From positions 248,001 to 312,000 of the forward strand of contig QPMI01000452.1 of the NCBI GenBank assembly GCA_004431415.1: 64,000 nt of DNA, written 5' to 3'. A program made the translations under genes and the position numbers. The notes below the pieces were generated by a model. That model was not told where the DNA came from. It did not search any database and saw nothing but the letters and a program-made list of their open reading frames with translations. How positions within the stretch are numbered: position 1 is the stretch's first letter; each line of letters starts with the position of its first letter. The DNA is from Cyanophora paradoxa CCMP329. Lineage: Eukaryota; Plantae; Glaucophyta. Positions 34,778-49,026 of this stretch are shown here, in pieces.

Positions 34778-37273
34778 ATGTCGGCTGCGTTTCTGGCCCC
34801 TGCGGCCGGCTTCTCGGCGCACCGCTGTGCGGATCGATATCATGGAGACTTTTTCACGCGCCAGAGGCCTGACGCCGCGCTCCGGCGCGCTGTTTCGAAC
34901 GCCGCCGCCGCCGCCGCCGGCCGCCGCAAGCTGAGCTCGCACGTCCACGTCGCCTCTGCCGATCTACCGGTCGACAGCACCGCGAGCGCTGAGAACCATG
35001 CCGAACCGGCCGCCGGGCCCTCCTTCGTGCCAGCGCCGACTGTGCAGACCCGGCGCGCCTTCGCCGCCGCAGCAGCAGCGCTCGCCTTGGGCGTCTGCGG
35101 CGATCCTGCGTCCGCTGTCGCCGAGAAAGCACCGCGAATAACGAGCAAGGTCCGCCGGGCGGGAACACGTGCTCGGCGGCCTGCGCGGGCGCGTCTCCGA
35201 CCGCAACGCAGGTATTCCTTGATTTCCGGATCGGAAACCTGGACGTCGGTGCGCGCCCCCCGTCCCTTGTCCTGCCCGCCGTTCCGATCCGCCCGTTCTC
35301 ATGATCAATGCGCGCCCCGCTTGCTTGCTTGCTCGCTCGCTCGCCCTGTACTGCGCAGGTCGCGTGGAGTTCGGTCTGTACGGAGACATCGCCCCCAACA
35401 TCGTCAAGACGTTCCGCGCCCTCTGTGCGCCCGCCCCGCCCCGCCCCGCCGACCGCGCCCCGAGCCTCGAGGCGCCGCGGCGCTAACCGCGCTTCGCCTC
35501 GCCTCGCCTCGCCGCAGGCACGGGGGAGGTCCCCGGATTGACGTGCGTACCCCTGTTCCGGCTCTGGCGATGCGTACGCGTTCTTATGCGTTTTTCTTCT
35601 GACTCGGCGCCGGGCCCCACAGATACCGCAACTCTTCGTGAGCCCCCCCGCCCCGCCCCGCTCCGCCCCCGGGGCCCGACCGCCGTGTTTGTTTGTCTCT
35701 TGCTTCGCTGGGCCCAGGTCTAGATTCCTCCATATCTCGTCCTGGATCTTACACTCTCTAGGGCCCGACCCCTGCGCCTGCCCCTGCGCCCCGACAGATA
35801 GACAGACAGACAGACAGACAGAGGGCCCGCCTGACCGGACGGGGCGGGGCGGGGCGGGACCTTCGTGCCCGTCCCTTGCTTCGCTGGAACCAGATCTAGA
35901 TTCCTCCATATCGGACCCCCGCCCCGCCCAGACAGACGGCCCGCCTGACCCGGTGACCGGACGGGGCGGGGCCGGGCGGGGCCAGGGTGCACCGGGTAAG
36001 CGTGCAAGGCGTCGAGGGGGGACACGTCAAGGGCTTCGACAAGGAAGACCCCCCGGTGCGCTTCCTAGCTTCTTCTTCTTCTTATTAGCTTCTTAGCTCT
36101 CTGTACCTAGGGCTCGCTTCTTAGCTTTCTGTCTCGGCTGTCTATCTATTACAGCTAGAGCTAGAGCTTATTCTAAGCCTAGAGCCGCGCCCCCCCCCCC
36201 CCCCCCCCCCCCCCCGGCAACTGACGCCCTCCCCGCGGCCGCCGGGCTCTCAAGCCTAAGGACACGTAGTTAAAGAAGTGCTAAAGGGCGGCCATTTTTT
36301 TCTATCTCGCTTCTTTCTAGCTTCCCAGCTTCTAAGAGCTTCTTTTTGCTCGCTGAGAGAAATGCTATCTATCTATCTATCTTCTTCTTCTTCTAGCCCG
36401 TCGAGCCCGTCCTTCTTTCTATCTATCTAGATTCTTTCTAGCCTTCGAGCTCATTCGTTCCTGCTCGCTCGTTCCTGACCTGCCGGCGCCTGGCCGGCAG
36501 CTGACGCCCTTCTCGCGGTCGCCCGACTTCCGCTCGGCGGCCGCCTTCGCGGCCCGGCACGACCGCGGCGGCCTCCTCTGCACCGCCATCTCGTTCAACG
36601 AGCCCGAGTTCTCCGGCTTCGAGGTGGGACCCGGCTTCTTGCCCCTTTCCCCGCATATACGTACCCCCCGCTTCTTCCCCCCCTTCACCTTCCACGCGGC
36701 GCCGTCTCCGTTGCATGAGGCTCAGGGGCATCCTGGGGGCTGTTAGGGGGTACAGCGAGCTCGAGGAAGGCTGACGCGCCGCCTCTTTTTCGCCGCAGTA
36801 CATTGTGACGGCGGGGCCAGCCCCCGAGCTCGACGGCTCCTCCCTCGTCTTTGGCGAGGCGCGTACCCCCCACCCCACCCCGCCCCGTACCCCCCTAAAA
36901 AGAAGGGGCCCGGCCTGATGCCGTACCCCCCCTTTCATGCAGGTCCTCTCCGGGCAGGGCGTCCTCGAGCGGATGAGCCTCGTACCCGTCGTCCAGCCCA
37001 ACGACAACAAGGCACGCCGTACCCCTCTCCAGGCGCTACTTCACCAACTAAATTATTTGACGTACCCCCCCCCCACAGGCTTTCTGGATCGACTTCGGGA
37101 AGAAGTACCTGAAGGACGAGCGGGCGGCTCTGGCCCAAGCCGCCATCTTCAAGCCCCTCAGTGCGTCTCGGATCAAATCTCGGCTCTGCGCTCGGGTTCG
37201 GCTGACGCAGGGGGGTACCGGTCCGATCTGATGCGCAGCCAAGGTACTGGTCACGAACTGCGGCTCTCTGTAG
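34778..37273 (+). CDS. Cyclophilin-type PPIase, thylakoid-lumen targeted (multi-exon)
   Basis: ITSKVFLDFRIG..GRVEFGLYGDIAPNIVKTFRALC, HDRGGLL, APELDGSSLVFGEVLSG, KVLVTNCG. MSAAFL transit peptide and RRAF twin-Arg signal. Confidence 0.85.
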
Positions 37274-38399
37274 CTTCAGCGCGGCCGTGTGCGTGTACAT
37301 ACGTAGCTGCGGGGGGCGCGGTGTCCTTGATCATGAATACGTAAAATGTGGTCGCCTCCATGCGTGAGGGTGCCGAGGCGGGGGCACTGTTCCGAGTACA
37401 TGATCAAGGCTTGCTTTAAGGCTTAATTGGCCTCACTGGGCTCAACGCATGTACACCCCCCCAACGGCGGGCACCCTCGATCGCGAGCTCATGATCATGC
37501 CATATATATGCATGATATCGATGATCACCGGCCCGGCGGATCATCGGATCATGATCACTTGGGGCCTCCAGGCTCCTTATAAATTAAAGCTTCGCCTCGA
37601 CCGACTTGGGGAGCCGCGGGGTTGCCTAGCTATAGATCATGGGCCTTAAGTTTAAGCTAACCGTAGTACGCTTCGGACTTCAGCCCTGAGGCCCGAGGGC
37701 CCGGGTCGCCCGGGGCCGGGCCGGGCCTGAGGCTTTCCAAAGTTCAACGCCGTGTTACCGTAGTACCGTCGGACCCGTGCACGTGACCGTCGACGTCGGC
37801 CCGCGGACGGTTTGGCAATCTTGAATCATGATATATATATCGATCATCGGATCACGGTCTGAGCCTCCCGGAGTCCTAGGCTCCTTTGGGCCAAGCCTTG
37901 CAGTGAAGTCCCGGAGTCCCGGGCCCCGCAGACATCCGAGCCTCACTGAGTCATGATCAGAGGAACAGCGCTTCCAGGCTGTGCCACGGTGATTCTGATC
38001 AGTCTTACCGATTTGGCGCGCGAGGCCCCGCCGGGCCGCCGCCGGGCCGGCACCGGGCCCATCGATATCGATGCCGCAGTACTAGTGGGCCTCGCGCTGC
38101 GGCACTGCGGCATGACCGTCGGCATGCATGCCGATGGTCATGCCGCAGTGCTATGACCATATGCATTGACCATCGGTGCGTCGGGTCCAGGGGCCGGGGC
38201 CGGGCCGGCTGCGCGGCGTCAGGGCCCGATGGTCTCCGATCCAGCCCCAGCTAGCTATATAGGGGCCCAGGGTGCCAGCCTCTACCCCCCGGGCCCGCTG
38301 ATAGCGGGCGTCCGACGGTCAGTCTTAGAGTCTCACTCATTCTGATGTTCATACAATATCGATGCGAAAAGTGATCGAAAGACAGCGTCTCTGCAATCT

Positions 38400-41300
38400 C
38401 GAAAAAGCGGCGCCCTGAAACTGGGCTGGGGGCCCCGGGCAGCAGCGGGGGAAGGGCCCGGAGGGCTGAAGAGCCCGGGTTGGAGGGGAGGAAAGAGGCA
38501 GCCGAAAGGGGGCAGGGAGATTCGGAGGGCCGGGCCAGGGGGGTATCTAGAAGACGCGGGTGCCGGCGGTGTGGATGTAGAAGTCGTACCCCACCGCAAA
38601 CGCAAAGTAGACGCACACGACCTGGGAAGGGGGGATGAGGCGCGGGGAGGGTACGACACGGACGAAGGGGAAACGGCGCACGGGCTGGGCGAGTGAAGAT
38701 ATGGAGCTCGCGGGGAGGGGTACCCCCGTGTTATCGCCCGCGACGGGTAGAATCCAACGCTTGAGGACGCCGAGCAGAGTGGGCGGCGGGCCCTGCGGAG
38801 CGTCAGAGTCGAAGGGGGGTACGAGGAATTCCTGGGTAGGGGTACGGGGCGGACCGGGGGCCCGGGGTCGGAGCCGGGGGGGTTGAGGGAGAACGTTCGC
38901 GCGGCCGCAAGCATCAGCACGACGAAGATGCCTGCGAGCGAAGGCGAACGAGGGTTCAGGTGGGGATTAAGGGGGGGGGGAGGGGGAGGGGGGAAGAAGT
39001 CGGAGGGGGGAAGAAGCGGGAGGGGGGTACGGCGCACCGCACTCGAGGTTGAGGGCGAGCGAGCAGGCGGCCTCCATGACCACCAGGAAGCCCTGCGAGG
39101 GGGGTACGGATCAGGGGCGAGGGTACAGGTGCTCCAAAGAGCCCTGGCGGCCCCCGGCGCCAACGCGAGAGCTTGGGAGAGACGTAGAGCTATCGGGCCT
39201 TGCCGCATGAAACTTAGAACGATCTAGGGCTCCATGAAACTTAGACCTAGCAGAAGAAGAAGAAGAAGGAAGAAAGTCCTTGAGAAGACTTCAAGAAGAT
39301 AGGAGAAGGATCCTAGGGCCCCAGACTGCCAGATCCTAAGCCCCAGTAAAGAGGACGGGCGGACGATAGATAGATAGATGGATGGATCGAGGATAGATCC
39401 TTAGAAGCAGATCTGGGGGACCTTAGAAGAGCTTAGAGCTTAGATGAAGATCTGAAGCAGAGCTTAGATGCAGCGCGGGGGCCGGGACCTGGGGGCTGAC
39501 GGCGGCGACGGCTTCAAAAAGATGGCTATCAAGGGGACTTGTGAGAAAGATAGAAGGGGAAGATATGAGGAAGAAGGCTTCAAGAAGATAGAAGAGGGAT
39601 CCTCGAGACGCCCGAGTAGCCCCAGGAAAGAGGACGGGCGGGAGCGGGGCCGGGACCTGGGGGTTGACGGCGGCGACGGCGAGGATGGCGCCGAAGTGGG
39701 CGACGTAGAGGCCGGCCCGCATCAGCCGCGGCACCGAGAGGCACGCCCCCAGCAGCGAGAGCCGCCGCGGCGGCACCAGCCTGCGGTAGATAGATAGATC
39801 CTTAGATAGGGTGGGTGGGTGGGTGGGTGGGTGGGGGGAACGGGCCAGGGGGGCACGCGCGCGGAGAGCAGCGAATGCTGGAGCGTCACCGCCAGGCCGT
39901 CGACTGGAGTGGGGGGGAGGGGGAGAGGGGTACGGCGATCAGACGATGGAGGGGGAGGGGGTGGAGGGGGTACGAAGACGACGGGAGAGGCGCACGGGTG
40001 TGTTTGAGGGCATTGCCCAGGGTGATGAAGGAAACTGGGGGGGGGGGGGGGGGGGGGAACATTGAGTGGTAGGGTACGAAATAGAATGCGCGGAGGGGTG
40101 GGGGGTACCGGTGATCGAGACGACGATGAAGAGCGTGATGACACCCGCGATCCAGGCCTGGCGGGGAGATTTTAGGGAGGATGGAGCGGCCGGGGGGGTA
40201 CGGGCGAGGCCGCGCACGTGCTGGCGGTACCCCGTCATGATGATCTGGATGACGGGTACGGTGCTGATCTCGCCGCGGTCGGCCGCCCTGCGGACGGCGT
40301 TGGGCCGGCGGGCGAGCGGGTGGGGGACGCGAGACTCGGGGGGTACCTCCGCAGGGATATCGCGCTGTCGTCGCCGTTCTGTTGTTTGGGGTAGAGGGTA
40401 AGCAAGCAAGCGAGAGGTTTAAGCTAAGTAGGGAGCCGAAGCTACGGGCGGCGGAGGCGGGCAAGGCTAAGGGCGCTAAGGAGGCGGGGGTACGGGGGGT
40501 TGGGGGGGGGGTACGGCACCTGGGGCACGATCATGAGGACCGCCGCGCACCACGCCACGTTGAGGGCCCTGCGCGAGGGCGGGAAGCGTCAGTGGGGTAC
40601 GGCGACGACGGGGAGGCGGCAGGGCGGAGGACGGGGAGGCAGGCGGCCGAGGGCGGGGGTACCCTAAGCCATCTCCGGGTATAAAAGGCGACCGTCGACA
40701 TGCTCGAGCTCTTCAGGGCTCTTTGAGGGCCCATAACCATCTATCTCCCTGACTTTAAGGGCGGGGCCGGGGGCGGGGCGGGGGCGGGCCAGCAGGTGAT
40801 GATGCCGAGGGAGATGGCCGCCCGCAGCCGCCGCAGCTCCGACGCCACCAGAGGCACCTGAGGCGAGGTGAGGAAGAACGAACGAGCCTCTAGAAGTGAA
40901 ATCCACGATCCTCGAGATTAATCTAGGATTGATCTGCTCTAACGTCCTTAAAGAATCTAGCCCTTCCGCCGCTCCGACGCCACTAGCGGCGCAGGGGGCG
41001 GGCGGCGGGGGGCGGTGCAGGAGGGGGGGAGGTCTTATCCGATGTGGAGAATGATCTAAGATCCCTTCAAGAATCTGACCCTTCCCTGGATCCGATGCCT
41101 CGCCCAGGGACGCGAGGACCTTTTTAGATCCTAAGATCTGATCTCAGTTGCTAATTGATCTGGATAAGATCCTAAACCTCAGATCCTAAGATCCAAACGA
41201 GGGCGGGCGGGACCTTGGAGAAGGCGACGGGCATGACGTTGACGACGCCGCCCATGGCGACGGTGGAGATGAGGAACGAGTGCAGCGCCGACGCCCACGA

Positions 41301-44300
41301 GCTCGACGCTTGCTGCGCGCGGGGGGCGGCGGGGTGAGGAGCAGGTGGGCGGGCGGGCCTAGGTCGAGGGCGCGGGGGGCGAGGCGGGCCCGAGGCGGGC
41401 GGGGGTGCAGGACAGGCTGGGCCTCCAGGGGGCGGGCGGAGGGGCAAAGGGGCCTCTATCCCTGCTCTCAGCGTCCCTGGCGGCGGGGGCAGGCGGGAGG
41501 GCGGGAGGGCGGGCGCGGGCTGCAGCATCTCTCGCGGGTACTTTCGATGCTATCTATTCTGGGTCATTTCTCTATTCGGTCTGAGCCCCTCGCAAGCGAG
41601 CGAGCGCGGGCCAGCAGACCGGGGCCGTGGGCCGCGCGGGGGAAGGCGGGCGGGCGGGCGGGGTCGGGCGCCGTGCAGGGCCTCGGGGCAGCTAGCAGCT
41701 ATTCGGGACCGTCTCTCTCTGTCTCTCGAGCGCGGGGGGCGGACCTGGCCGATGGAGACGCCGACGGCGAGGGCGACGCCCACCATCGCCACCAGGAGAG
41801 CGCCCTGTACAGCGAGGGCTCAGCGCGGGGCGTCAGCGCGGGGCGGGAGGGGCTTCTGAGCCCCGGCATCGAAGCCTTCTAATCCTTTTCTAAGGGGCGG
41901 GGAGGGGGCGGGGCGGGCCTTTGCGAGGGTGAAGACGGAGATAAAGGGGTCCACCACCCGCGCCCCTGCCCCCCCGGGGATCAGGAAGGAAGGGGGGCGG
42001 GGCGGGGGGGCGAGGGGTGGGGGCGGGGGGGGGGTACCGAAGACGATGAAGAGGGCGCCGAAGATGACGAAGGGCCCAATCAGCGCCCGTTGGCTGCGGC
42101 CCCCCGGGGTCAGAGGGCGTCCAGAAAGCTGAGGGAAGCTAGGGGAGCTTAGGGGGCCGAGAAGGGGAAGCTCAAGAAAGCTTAAAAGGACGACAAGGGG
42201 GGCTAAGGGAAGCAAAGCAAGGGGAGCTTAGGGGGCCGAGACAACGCAGGGGCGGAAAACGCAGGGGCGGGCAACCACGTGAGAGGGTCACCTGGCTAGC
42301 TCTGGCCAGCCCTCCCCGTCCCCTGGCTAGCTCGCTAGCTCTAGTGAAAGGCTCGCTGGCTAGGGCTAGTCGGCTCTGGCTCTGGTCTCGAGGGCTAGGC
42401 GACCGATCCTCTGCGGGAGAATGGTCCTCTGGGCGGGAGAGGGCGCGGAGGAGAACGCTGGCTAGGGCGGAGGAGGGTGGAGATGCCCGCCGGCCGCGCC
42501 TCCAAGGCGAGGCGGAGGCGAGGCCCGAACCGCTCGGGCGAAAGGGAGGGAGGGTTGGGGGGAAGAGGGGGGGGGGAGTGTAGGGGGTTCGCACTCGACG
42601 CCCATGAGCTGGCCGTAGGCGGTGGAGCCGGCGAGCGCGTAGCTGATCAGGATCGCCACGCTGCAGGGCGCCAAGTCAGGGGCGCGGGGGGCGGGGCGGG
42701 GCGGGGTGATGGGCGGGTGGGAGGGGCGGGTGGGAGGGGCGGGTGGGAGGGGGAGAGGGCCCGTAGAATGGCCACGTTGGGAATGCTAGTCAGACGCGGG
42801 GCGCGGCTGTGCTGCCCGGCGGACTCTACGCTTTGGGCCCGTGGTACGGGCCCTTCGTAGAGACTGAACGGGATTTGGACAGGAGGTCAGGGGGCGGGAG
42901 CGGCCAGGGCCGGGGCGGCCAGGGCTGCTAGCGAATGCCCCCTTGCATCTAGCTGGCCTGGCGGGGCGTGGATCTCTCCAGCTTTGTCCTCGGCCGTCTA
43001 GCTTCCAGCTCGGCCCTCGTCCTTCTTCTAGCCTTGACGCTTCTATGCTTCATGCTTCTAGCTCTTACGCTTCTAGCTCCTAGCTCCTTCTGGACGCGCT
43101 TGTCTCCCGGGCGCACAAGTGGAAGAGGACGACGAAGTCCCAGGACCAGCGGAGCCAGCGGGAGGCCAGGAAGAGCTGCCCCAGCGAGTGCAGGTCCACC
43201 TGCGCCGGGGCGGGGGCGGGGGCGGGGTCAGCGGGCGCAGAAGGTCAGGCGCGGGCGGGCTGCGGCTGTGCTCCTAGAGAGCATGGGCGAGGGACGCCGG
43301 TGGGACGATCGCATCTGGAGAGCATTGCGCCCTACGAGTCTTCTAAGAATCTAAGAGTCTTAAAATCTGGGGGGATCGCATCCGGCGCACCTAGAGAACT
43401 CTTTAAACTCTAGAAGAATCTGGAGAGCATTTAGAGTTTCTAGATTCAAGATTCTTCTAAGAATCTAAGAGTCTACGAATCTGGGAGGACCGCATCCGGC
43501 GCACCTGGAGGGTGCCGGCCCCGCGGCGGTGGCCGGGGGCGCCCTCCCCACCGGGCCCCTCCCCGTGCACCGACTGCCCGCCCCCCGGTCAGCGTCGGAA
43601 AGCGAGAGGGGGCTGATGGGGTGCGCTTGAAGCGGGTCCTGTGGAAGATCGCACAACAAAACTATTTTAAACTCTCAAAACTTAGATCTTAAAGGTCCTC
43701 TGCAAGATCTTACACTCTGAAACTCTTAAACTCTCTAATACTCTTATTTCTGGCTTACCTCCTCGTCGGAGCGGGGGAGGGGCACGCCGGCGCCCCCCGG
43801 GGGCAGCATCGGCGTCGGCACGTTCGGGCCCAGCACCTGCCAGAGGGCGCGGGGGCTTAGGAGCGCGGGGCGGGGCGGGGGATGAGGGAGAGAGGGCGGG
43901 TCGGAAGCGCGGGGCGGGGCGGGAGACCGGGATTCTAAGAGGGCCCAGAGAAAGATATATGACGCGGCCAGTTCGCAACTTCACGGTTACTCTTATTATC
44001 ATTATCTCTTAGAAGCGCGGGTTAGAAGCGCGGGGCGGGGCGGGGCGGGGGCGGAAGAGAGAGGGCGGGCTAGTAGCGCGGGCAGCGGGAAGCCGGGGAG
44101 GGCGGGGAGGGGGGGGGACCGGGGACCCTTGAAGCTCGGATGGGGCGGGGCGGGGCGGGGGGGGGGGCGGGGGGAGGGCGCTAGGAGAAGGCGCTATGCG
44201 GCCCCAGCCGCGAACAGAACGGGGCGGGGGGTGTGGGGAGAGAGAGCCCGGGAGAGCGCGTTAGTAGCGCGGACCCTTGAGACTCGGGGCGGGGCGTGGG

Positions 44301-45381
44301 AGGGGCCGGGGGGGAGTTGTGGGGGGGGGGGAGTTGTGGGGGGTACGCACGTCGAGGAGCTCCTCGTCGTCGTGCTTGCGGCGCGCCGGCCCCCCGATGA
44401 GCCCCTGCAGCACCCGCGCCCGCTGCCGAACGAAAGACGAGATTGAAGTCGTCAGCGGCGCGCGCCACAGTCAACGAGCAAGGTGTCTTAGAGGCGCGCG
44501 CGCCGCGGCTCCGCCCTAAGTGTGGAACTTAGACGCGTTCTACGTGTCTAAGTGTCTAAGCCCCTGCAGCACCCGCGCCCGCTGCCGCGCGATGAGATTA
44601 AGGGCGAGAAAGATTCAGATAAAAGCACTAAGGCGGTGCCCCCTCGAGAGCGCGCGGCGCGCCCGCTGCCGCACAAGCCGAGCCGCCGGCGTCAGCGGCG
44701 CGCGTCACGGTCCGCCGCGGTCAACGGGAGCGCCGGCCGGCCCGCTCTCTAGAGGATCTCAGGCACACGCAAGCAGAGAGGTGTCTTAAGAGGCGCGCGC
44801 GCTGCGGCTCCGCCCCCGCAGGCGCGCGACGCGCCAGCGCTTAGGTCTAAGTCTGAAACGTCGACGCGCCCGTCCGCCCTGCGAGCGCGCAGGCCGGCCC
44901 CCTTCTAAGCGTTGCGGCTCCTCCCTCCCCGGCGCGCCCGCCCCCTCTGCCTTCCCTTCGTTCGCACCTGCAGGATCTCGACCATCATGTCCACGATGAT
45001 GAGCTGCGAGGGCCAGGGGCGATCAAATCGGGGCCTGCCTGCACGATCCGATCCTACGGCGGGGGCGCCTGCTCGGACCTGGACGAGGAGGCAGACGGAG
45101 AAAGTCACGAGGAAGGGCGAGAAGCCAGACGCGGAGAGCTTCACGGGAAGGCCCAGGATCCCCGTGCCCAGGACGGACGCGATCTGAGGGGCGGCGGCAC
45201 TGTGAGCGATGCGCCGCGGACGTCCGAACGACCGGGGCGAGGAGCCGCGGGCGGGCGCTGCGAGCGGCCCTACCGTCATAAAGAAGACGCTGCGGGCGCG
45301 ACGGCGTGAGCGGGGCGACGGCTGGCGTAGCGCCATTGAGGGCGGCGCGCACCCGAGGTAGAAGGAGAACGGCTTCGCCAT
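38400..45381 (-). CDS. Amino-acid transporter/permease (AAAP/aromatic amino-acid permease-like), many short exons
   Basis: IASVLGTGILGLPVKL..GF.PF, AILISYALAG, SFLISTVAMGGVVNVMP and many hydrophobic exons. 3' end approximate. Confidence 0.78.
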
Positions 45382-45967
45382 CGTAGGGCTCCTGGCGAAG
45401 TCGCGGGGAGCGTCGCGCCTCAGCGCATCCTCCGGCGGGACCAGGCCGGCCGCGCTCCCGCGCGGGGCCTGCCAGACGTCGCGTTCAAGAGTGCGCGAGC
45501 GACAAACGGCCAACGACGGCGCCGGCTGAGGCAGGCACAGCGCAGCTGGATAGATTGGACGGATATAGCGCACCAGCGACGCGTCGAAGAGGGCCTCCTC
45601 GTCGTCGCTGCGCGCTGTGCGCGGTCGAACGGAGACGGCGACCATAGGAGCCGCCGCCGGCGCGGGTTCTGAAGAAGCCAGCGCTAATGATGCGTTTGCC
45701 GCTTGACCGGTGGGTCCAAGCTTGCCGGGTTGAGAAGGAGGTTCGCAAGGCGGGGTACGGCGAGGAATCTGGAGCGCGCCAGGCCTCGTACGCGGAGCAC
45801 CGGCGCCGTCCGGCGGCAGGATATCGTCGTCGCAGAGGCCTTGCTCATTCCGTGCCACGTTAACACGTCTCGTGGACCCATTCGGCGAATTCAGGCGCAA
45901 TGTGGTGTCGCGTGTACGTGCTCGTACTCCTGCTCCTCGTGACAATCGCAAGGTAAGCCGCTATCTG

Positions 45968-46620
45968 CTTGCTTCGGAGCGCCGCGCGGGCCGGGGCTGA
46001 TGCGACCGTGGCAGGCCGACGGAGAGCTCGAGCCTGTGTGCCAATCGCAAACCATCTTCGGGCCCCGCGTGCGCGCCGCCTGCGGATTATTGGTCGCCCT
46101 GCTTCGCCCGCCCCCGAGCTTGCTCTGATCATGAGACGCGCGCGCCTGCGCATGCGCAGGACGGCGTCGGGTTCTCCTCCGGATCCGTGCACATCCTCTC
46201 CTTGCAATATAAAATAATTGCTTCGAAGCGTCGCGCAAGCCGGGACTGACGCGGCGTGGCAGGCCGCCGGGGAGCATGCAGATGTGCTCCAATCTTCTGG
46301 CCTTCGGGGCCCGCGGCCGTGTACATGTGCGCGCCGCCCCCGGATTATGTGCCGGCCGCGGCCTGGCCTGCTTCGCTCGCCCCGAGCTCGAGCTCGCTCT
46401 TGATCTGAGATGCGAGCACCTGCGCATGCGCAGGACGGCTTCGGTTTCTCCCCCGTGAGCATGCATATCCTCTCCTTGCTTCGGAGCGCCGCGCGGGGCG
46501 GGTCTGATGCACGCGTGGTAGGCCGACGGAGAGACTGAGTGCCAATTGCAAACCACCGGCACCTTCGAGCCCCGCGTGCGCGCCGCCTTCGGATTCTCGG
46601 CCGGCCTGGCGCCGGCCTGC
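45968..46620. repeat. Degenerate tandem repeat of ~250 bp (about 2.5 copies)
   Basis: Units start gcttcg(g/a)agcg at ~45970, ~46220 and ~46478; palindrome cctgcgcatgcgcagg present twice. Confidence 0.7.
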
Positions 46621-46891
46621 TTCGAATTCGAATTCGAATTCGCCCGCGCGCCCTCGAGCTCTAGCTATAGATCTGACCATGAGACGCGACAGCCTTCGCA
46701 GGAGATCAGCGGTCTCAAGAAGACAAAAGAGGAACAGGCGATTGCAATTGCGTAAGCATGCATTTGATGTCGAATTCGAAAGATCGTTTCAGAGGCTCAC
46801 GTCGCTTCCTTGAAGAAACCTTTCCGCAGCCCTTGAAGAAGCCCTTCGGGGAAAACAAATTGCCGAAGAAAATGCCCGGCGCGAGAAAGCT

Positions 46892-46985
46892 GAGAAGGAG
46901 CGCGAGAAGCAGGAGAAGGAGCGCGAGAAGGAGGAGAAGGAGCGCGAGAAGCAGGAGAAGGAGCGCGAGAAGAAGGAGAAGGAGC
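46892..46985 (+). repeat. 21-bp tandem repeat encoding EKEREK(Q/E)
   Basis: gagaaggagcgcgagaag(c/g)ag about 4 times. Confidence 0.85.
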
Positions 46986-48343
46986 AAGCATTGCTGAGGG
47001 TGAAAGAAGCTCAGGCTCGCTTGTTTTTTTTCGAACGGCTTTCGAATAATGTGTACTTCAATTCTAAGCAAGCATACGGTTCGATGTGTCGTGCTTTTAA
47101 GTGGGCAGTGGACTCGATCAGGTTTGCGTTAGCCAAACTTTGATTTTTTTGCTCTAAGTATCATTTGCGCAGGACTCTATGCCTCGGTTGGTGATAGACT
47201 ACGGCATGTACATTGGTTTGGCTACTGCCAGAGAGTTGATTAACATGCTCGTTTGCCGAGGAATCCACCGAATGCCAGCCATGATCCCGTACGCTGCAGT
47301 GGGCGTGTACCTAGCACTGGCTTTCCACTATTTCGTAGGGGCAGTCTTTTGCATGTCTCTCCTTCTTCTGCATGCAGTTGTTTCATTTGCAGTCCACCGT
47401 AAACTCCAGTTTCCTCGAGTGAATTTGGAACTGTGCTCGGTAGTCTTCTACGCCTTCCAGAAGATTTTCAAGGCATCTGCGGCTTTCGACCTCGTAAAAT
47501 GCATTATACCATATGCATATATAGTGAACCGTGCACGTAGCGTCACGGGGGTATGATTATGATCATAAACATTAATATTCGATCGTAGATCGAATCGAAG
47601 TACCGGATTGAGCTTTACTGTTCAAACTAGCAAGCTAGTCTTTTAATTTACGAGGATAGGATTCGTGTGAGTTTAGGGGCTGTCGCTAGCTATAGCTAGC
47701 TCAGCGGCTAGCCTAGTAGCTAGCTATATAGTTTGCAGGCTGTCGTAGGAGTAGTCTTCTAATTTGCATGATTTCTAAGGCTCTCCGTTCCGTCCGCCCG
47801 CGGCCAGAACGGAACCCCCCTTCCACCTCATGATCATGATCAGGGCCTGTGCAAGCTTAAGGCATGACCTTTAGCCCTCTATAGATCAAGGTATACGTAA
47901 CCCCTCCAATAGATCATGATCATAGTCACTGAGTATAGATCAAGTTAACTTTACATTCACTAAATTACAAGAGGGAAATTCGAAGCTGCACATAAGCTGC
48001 ATCTGTACATGGGGCGGTCAAGGTGGTCCTGTTTGAGCCTCGAATATATAGGCTCGAGCTGGAAGTGCATGCCATGATGCCGCAGCTGCAGAGCCCACGA
48101 AGGCCAGCACTAGTTCCGAGGGCAACTGATTATGAGAGGTCTAGGGCCAGCTGCGGGCCGGCGCCTAGGGACGCATATATATAGCTATAGCTACCACCAG
48201 CCGGCGGCGGGCTTCGTGATCCAGAAAGTCAGCTGCACGCACGCAAACTGTGTCCCCTGCGCGTCCATGAAATATACTGCACGCCAGAAAGGATGAGCTC
48301 GCGCGTCCTAAGCGTTTGATTTGCAATTGCAATGATCGCACTC

Positions 48344-49026
48344 TTATTCGTGTATTGCCCGACTGGCGCCAGCGGCGGGATCTGGGCGCTCTTGGTCATC
48401 GTGAAGTCGCCCGAGATAGGAAGCTGTGAAACGACCTGCGCAGACTGAAAATGAGCGCGCGCAGCTGCAGCAAACGGCGCAAGCGCAGGGCCGGGACGGG
48501 CATCGGCGAGCTTGTCCTGCTCGGTGTGAAGCTTGATCTTGACTGCGCGACCCGTAAGCCATAGTGAGGCAAGCGGGGCAGGGAATGTCTCTCACAGTAG
48601 TACTGCACGCGGGGCCGCGGGCGAGCGGACGCGCGTACGCTTCGAATTCAGATCTTGTGGTCAGTGGTCGGCCGCGGCGCGGCGGACCGTGTCAGTCTTA
48701 ACGATCCCGTCTGTGATGGTTTCCGAGGCGGTGCCGGTCACGTCAATGCGCAGCTCGGTCCCCGGCGTGACATGCTGGCCATGGTCGCGCGCGCGCGTTA
48801 GAGCAGCGGCGCGCGACGGGACAAGAGCTTGCCTCGGGGGACAGGACGACGTCCTTGAATGTCACGATCGACTTTCCTCCCGGCGCGTCTGCGCACATGG
48901 AGATGAGGAGAGCACGGCGCGAAAGTCGACCCCGCGTGGCGCGCGAGCACCGCAGCTGTGCCATTCCGCCGAGCACGCTGTGCTGATTACGAGGACGACT
49001 GCGGCCAGCAGCAGCGCGCGAGACAT
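48344..49026 (-). CDS. Secreted ML-domain (NPC2/MD-2-like) lipid-binding protein (multi-exon)
   Basis: Signal peptide MSRALLLAAVVLV, then WHSCG..VTFKDVVLSPEHVTPGTELRIDVTGTASETITDG. 3' end approximate. Confidence 0.7.

Noticed and set aside
37330-38330. Intergenic DNA rich in TGATCA/ATCGAT short palindromes (also ~21040-21300 and ~47800-47950)
   Set aside because: No defined repeat unit, boundaries or ORF; cannot be distinguished from compositional bias without genome-wide statistics.
44395-44760. Repeated RARVLQG exon-like segments in the permease
   Set aside because: Degenerate local intronic duplications with no evidence of use as alternative exons.
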